Part shown: positions 63,337 to 64,000 of the stretch, piece after piece
How the letters are laid out: each line of letters starts with the position of its first letter
Position numbering within the stretch: the stretch's first letter is position 1
Assembly: GCA_030390025.1 (NCBI GenBank)
Contig: CM059432.1
Coordinates: forward strand, 41,666,001-41,730,000
Direction of reading: 5' to 3'
DNA: 64,000 nucleotides
Source of the DNA: Squalus acanthias
Lineage: Eukaryota
Translations under genes and position numbers: made by a program
The notes under the pieces: generated by a model
What the model was told of the DNA's origin: nothing
Seen by the model: the letters and a program-made list of their open reading frames with translations, nothing else
Database searches by the model: none

Positions 63337-63878
63337 TCCACTGGTATATATCTCAGTTGAGGAATAGATGTTATAAGCGCTCAGTCAATGTGGGGAGAGG
63401 GTTTTCCAAGGAGGTCACAGTGCATATGGATCTCAGCTTAACCACTTACAAGCTCAATAGATGTGCAAAATGTGTTCCAAAACCTCAAAACACAAAGTTC
63501 TGGCATCTGAAAGTCAGCCATGTTACAGGTCCGCTTTTATGCTGCAGGAGCAGCTGTCAAGAATTCAGGTAGTTGCTGAACCCGGCACAATCAGCTGGCG
63601 TGTTTGACGCATGACGTGCAACACACTGAAAAAGTCATAAAATGGGAAGAGCCTGTTAAAATGGGATTATGTAGGCAGTTAACAAGCTGTTAACTGCCTT
63701 AAGTGTCTCTCCCGCCACTTGGTGTCAGGTCTGATTGGGACTCGGAGACCCGACACTTTGCAAAGTTGTGTGGAGGTGGGATGGTGGCGGGTTCGCAACC
63801 CGCCGTCAATCATTTAGATTTTCACTCCTTACCCGCCTCCAAACCCGCCCTCTGAGCGCCGGCAAAATCGCGGCCTAT

Positions 63879-64000
63879 GGGGGTTAAAATGGGCCGAGTA
63901 GCGCCTGTTTTTAGACTCTACTTGGCCACTCAAGATTCAAAAATGGGGTACAAGATGCACACGCACATTTGTGACAGGAAGTGTGCAGGACGCCACCTTG
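63879..64000. mobile_element. Start of another Harbinger-type TIR element (runs off the window)
   Basis: GGGGGTTAAAAT terminus 3 bp after the previous TIR, followed by GC-rich subterminal sequence. Confidence 0.5.

Larger units (their letters stand above)
59723..63875. mobile_element. Near-complete autonomous-type PIF/Harbinger transposon (convergent Myb/SANT gene and transposase)
   Basis: TIR GGCTGCGATTTTACC / GGCAAAATCGCGGCC; TAC/TAT flanks; two convergent genes. Confidence 0.9.

Overview
Vertebrate genomic DNA, most likely from a cartilaginous fish (inferred from SacSINE1/Deu-type SINEs plus abundant CR1, Penelope and Harbinger repeats). The only host gene found is the 3' end of TMEM67 (meckelin) on the minus strand: 7 coding exons between 58502 and 26187, with a poly(A) signal near 25581. 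The rest is densely nested transposable elements. The main find is a complete but disabled two-LTR provirus on the minus strand (7878-20261). It has a coiled-coil plus CCHC Gag, a spumavirus-like YVDD RT, a degenerate tether RNase H followed by a second retroviral-type RNase H, a GPY/F integrase, and a spliced env that looks like a class-I F-type fusion protein. This architecture matches the lokiretrovirus lineage. Two features stand out: after repairing one frameshift, the Env carries an immunoglobulin-like domain N-terminal to the fusion module, and gag and pol are in frame across a UGA-CUAG readthrough context. Also present are an antisense solo LTR with a nested MITE inside the provirus, a near-complete two-gene Harbinger transposon, and Penelope remnants with minimal hammerhead ribozymes. 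All family assignments come from motif recognition by eye; no database searches were run.
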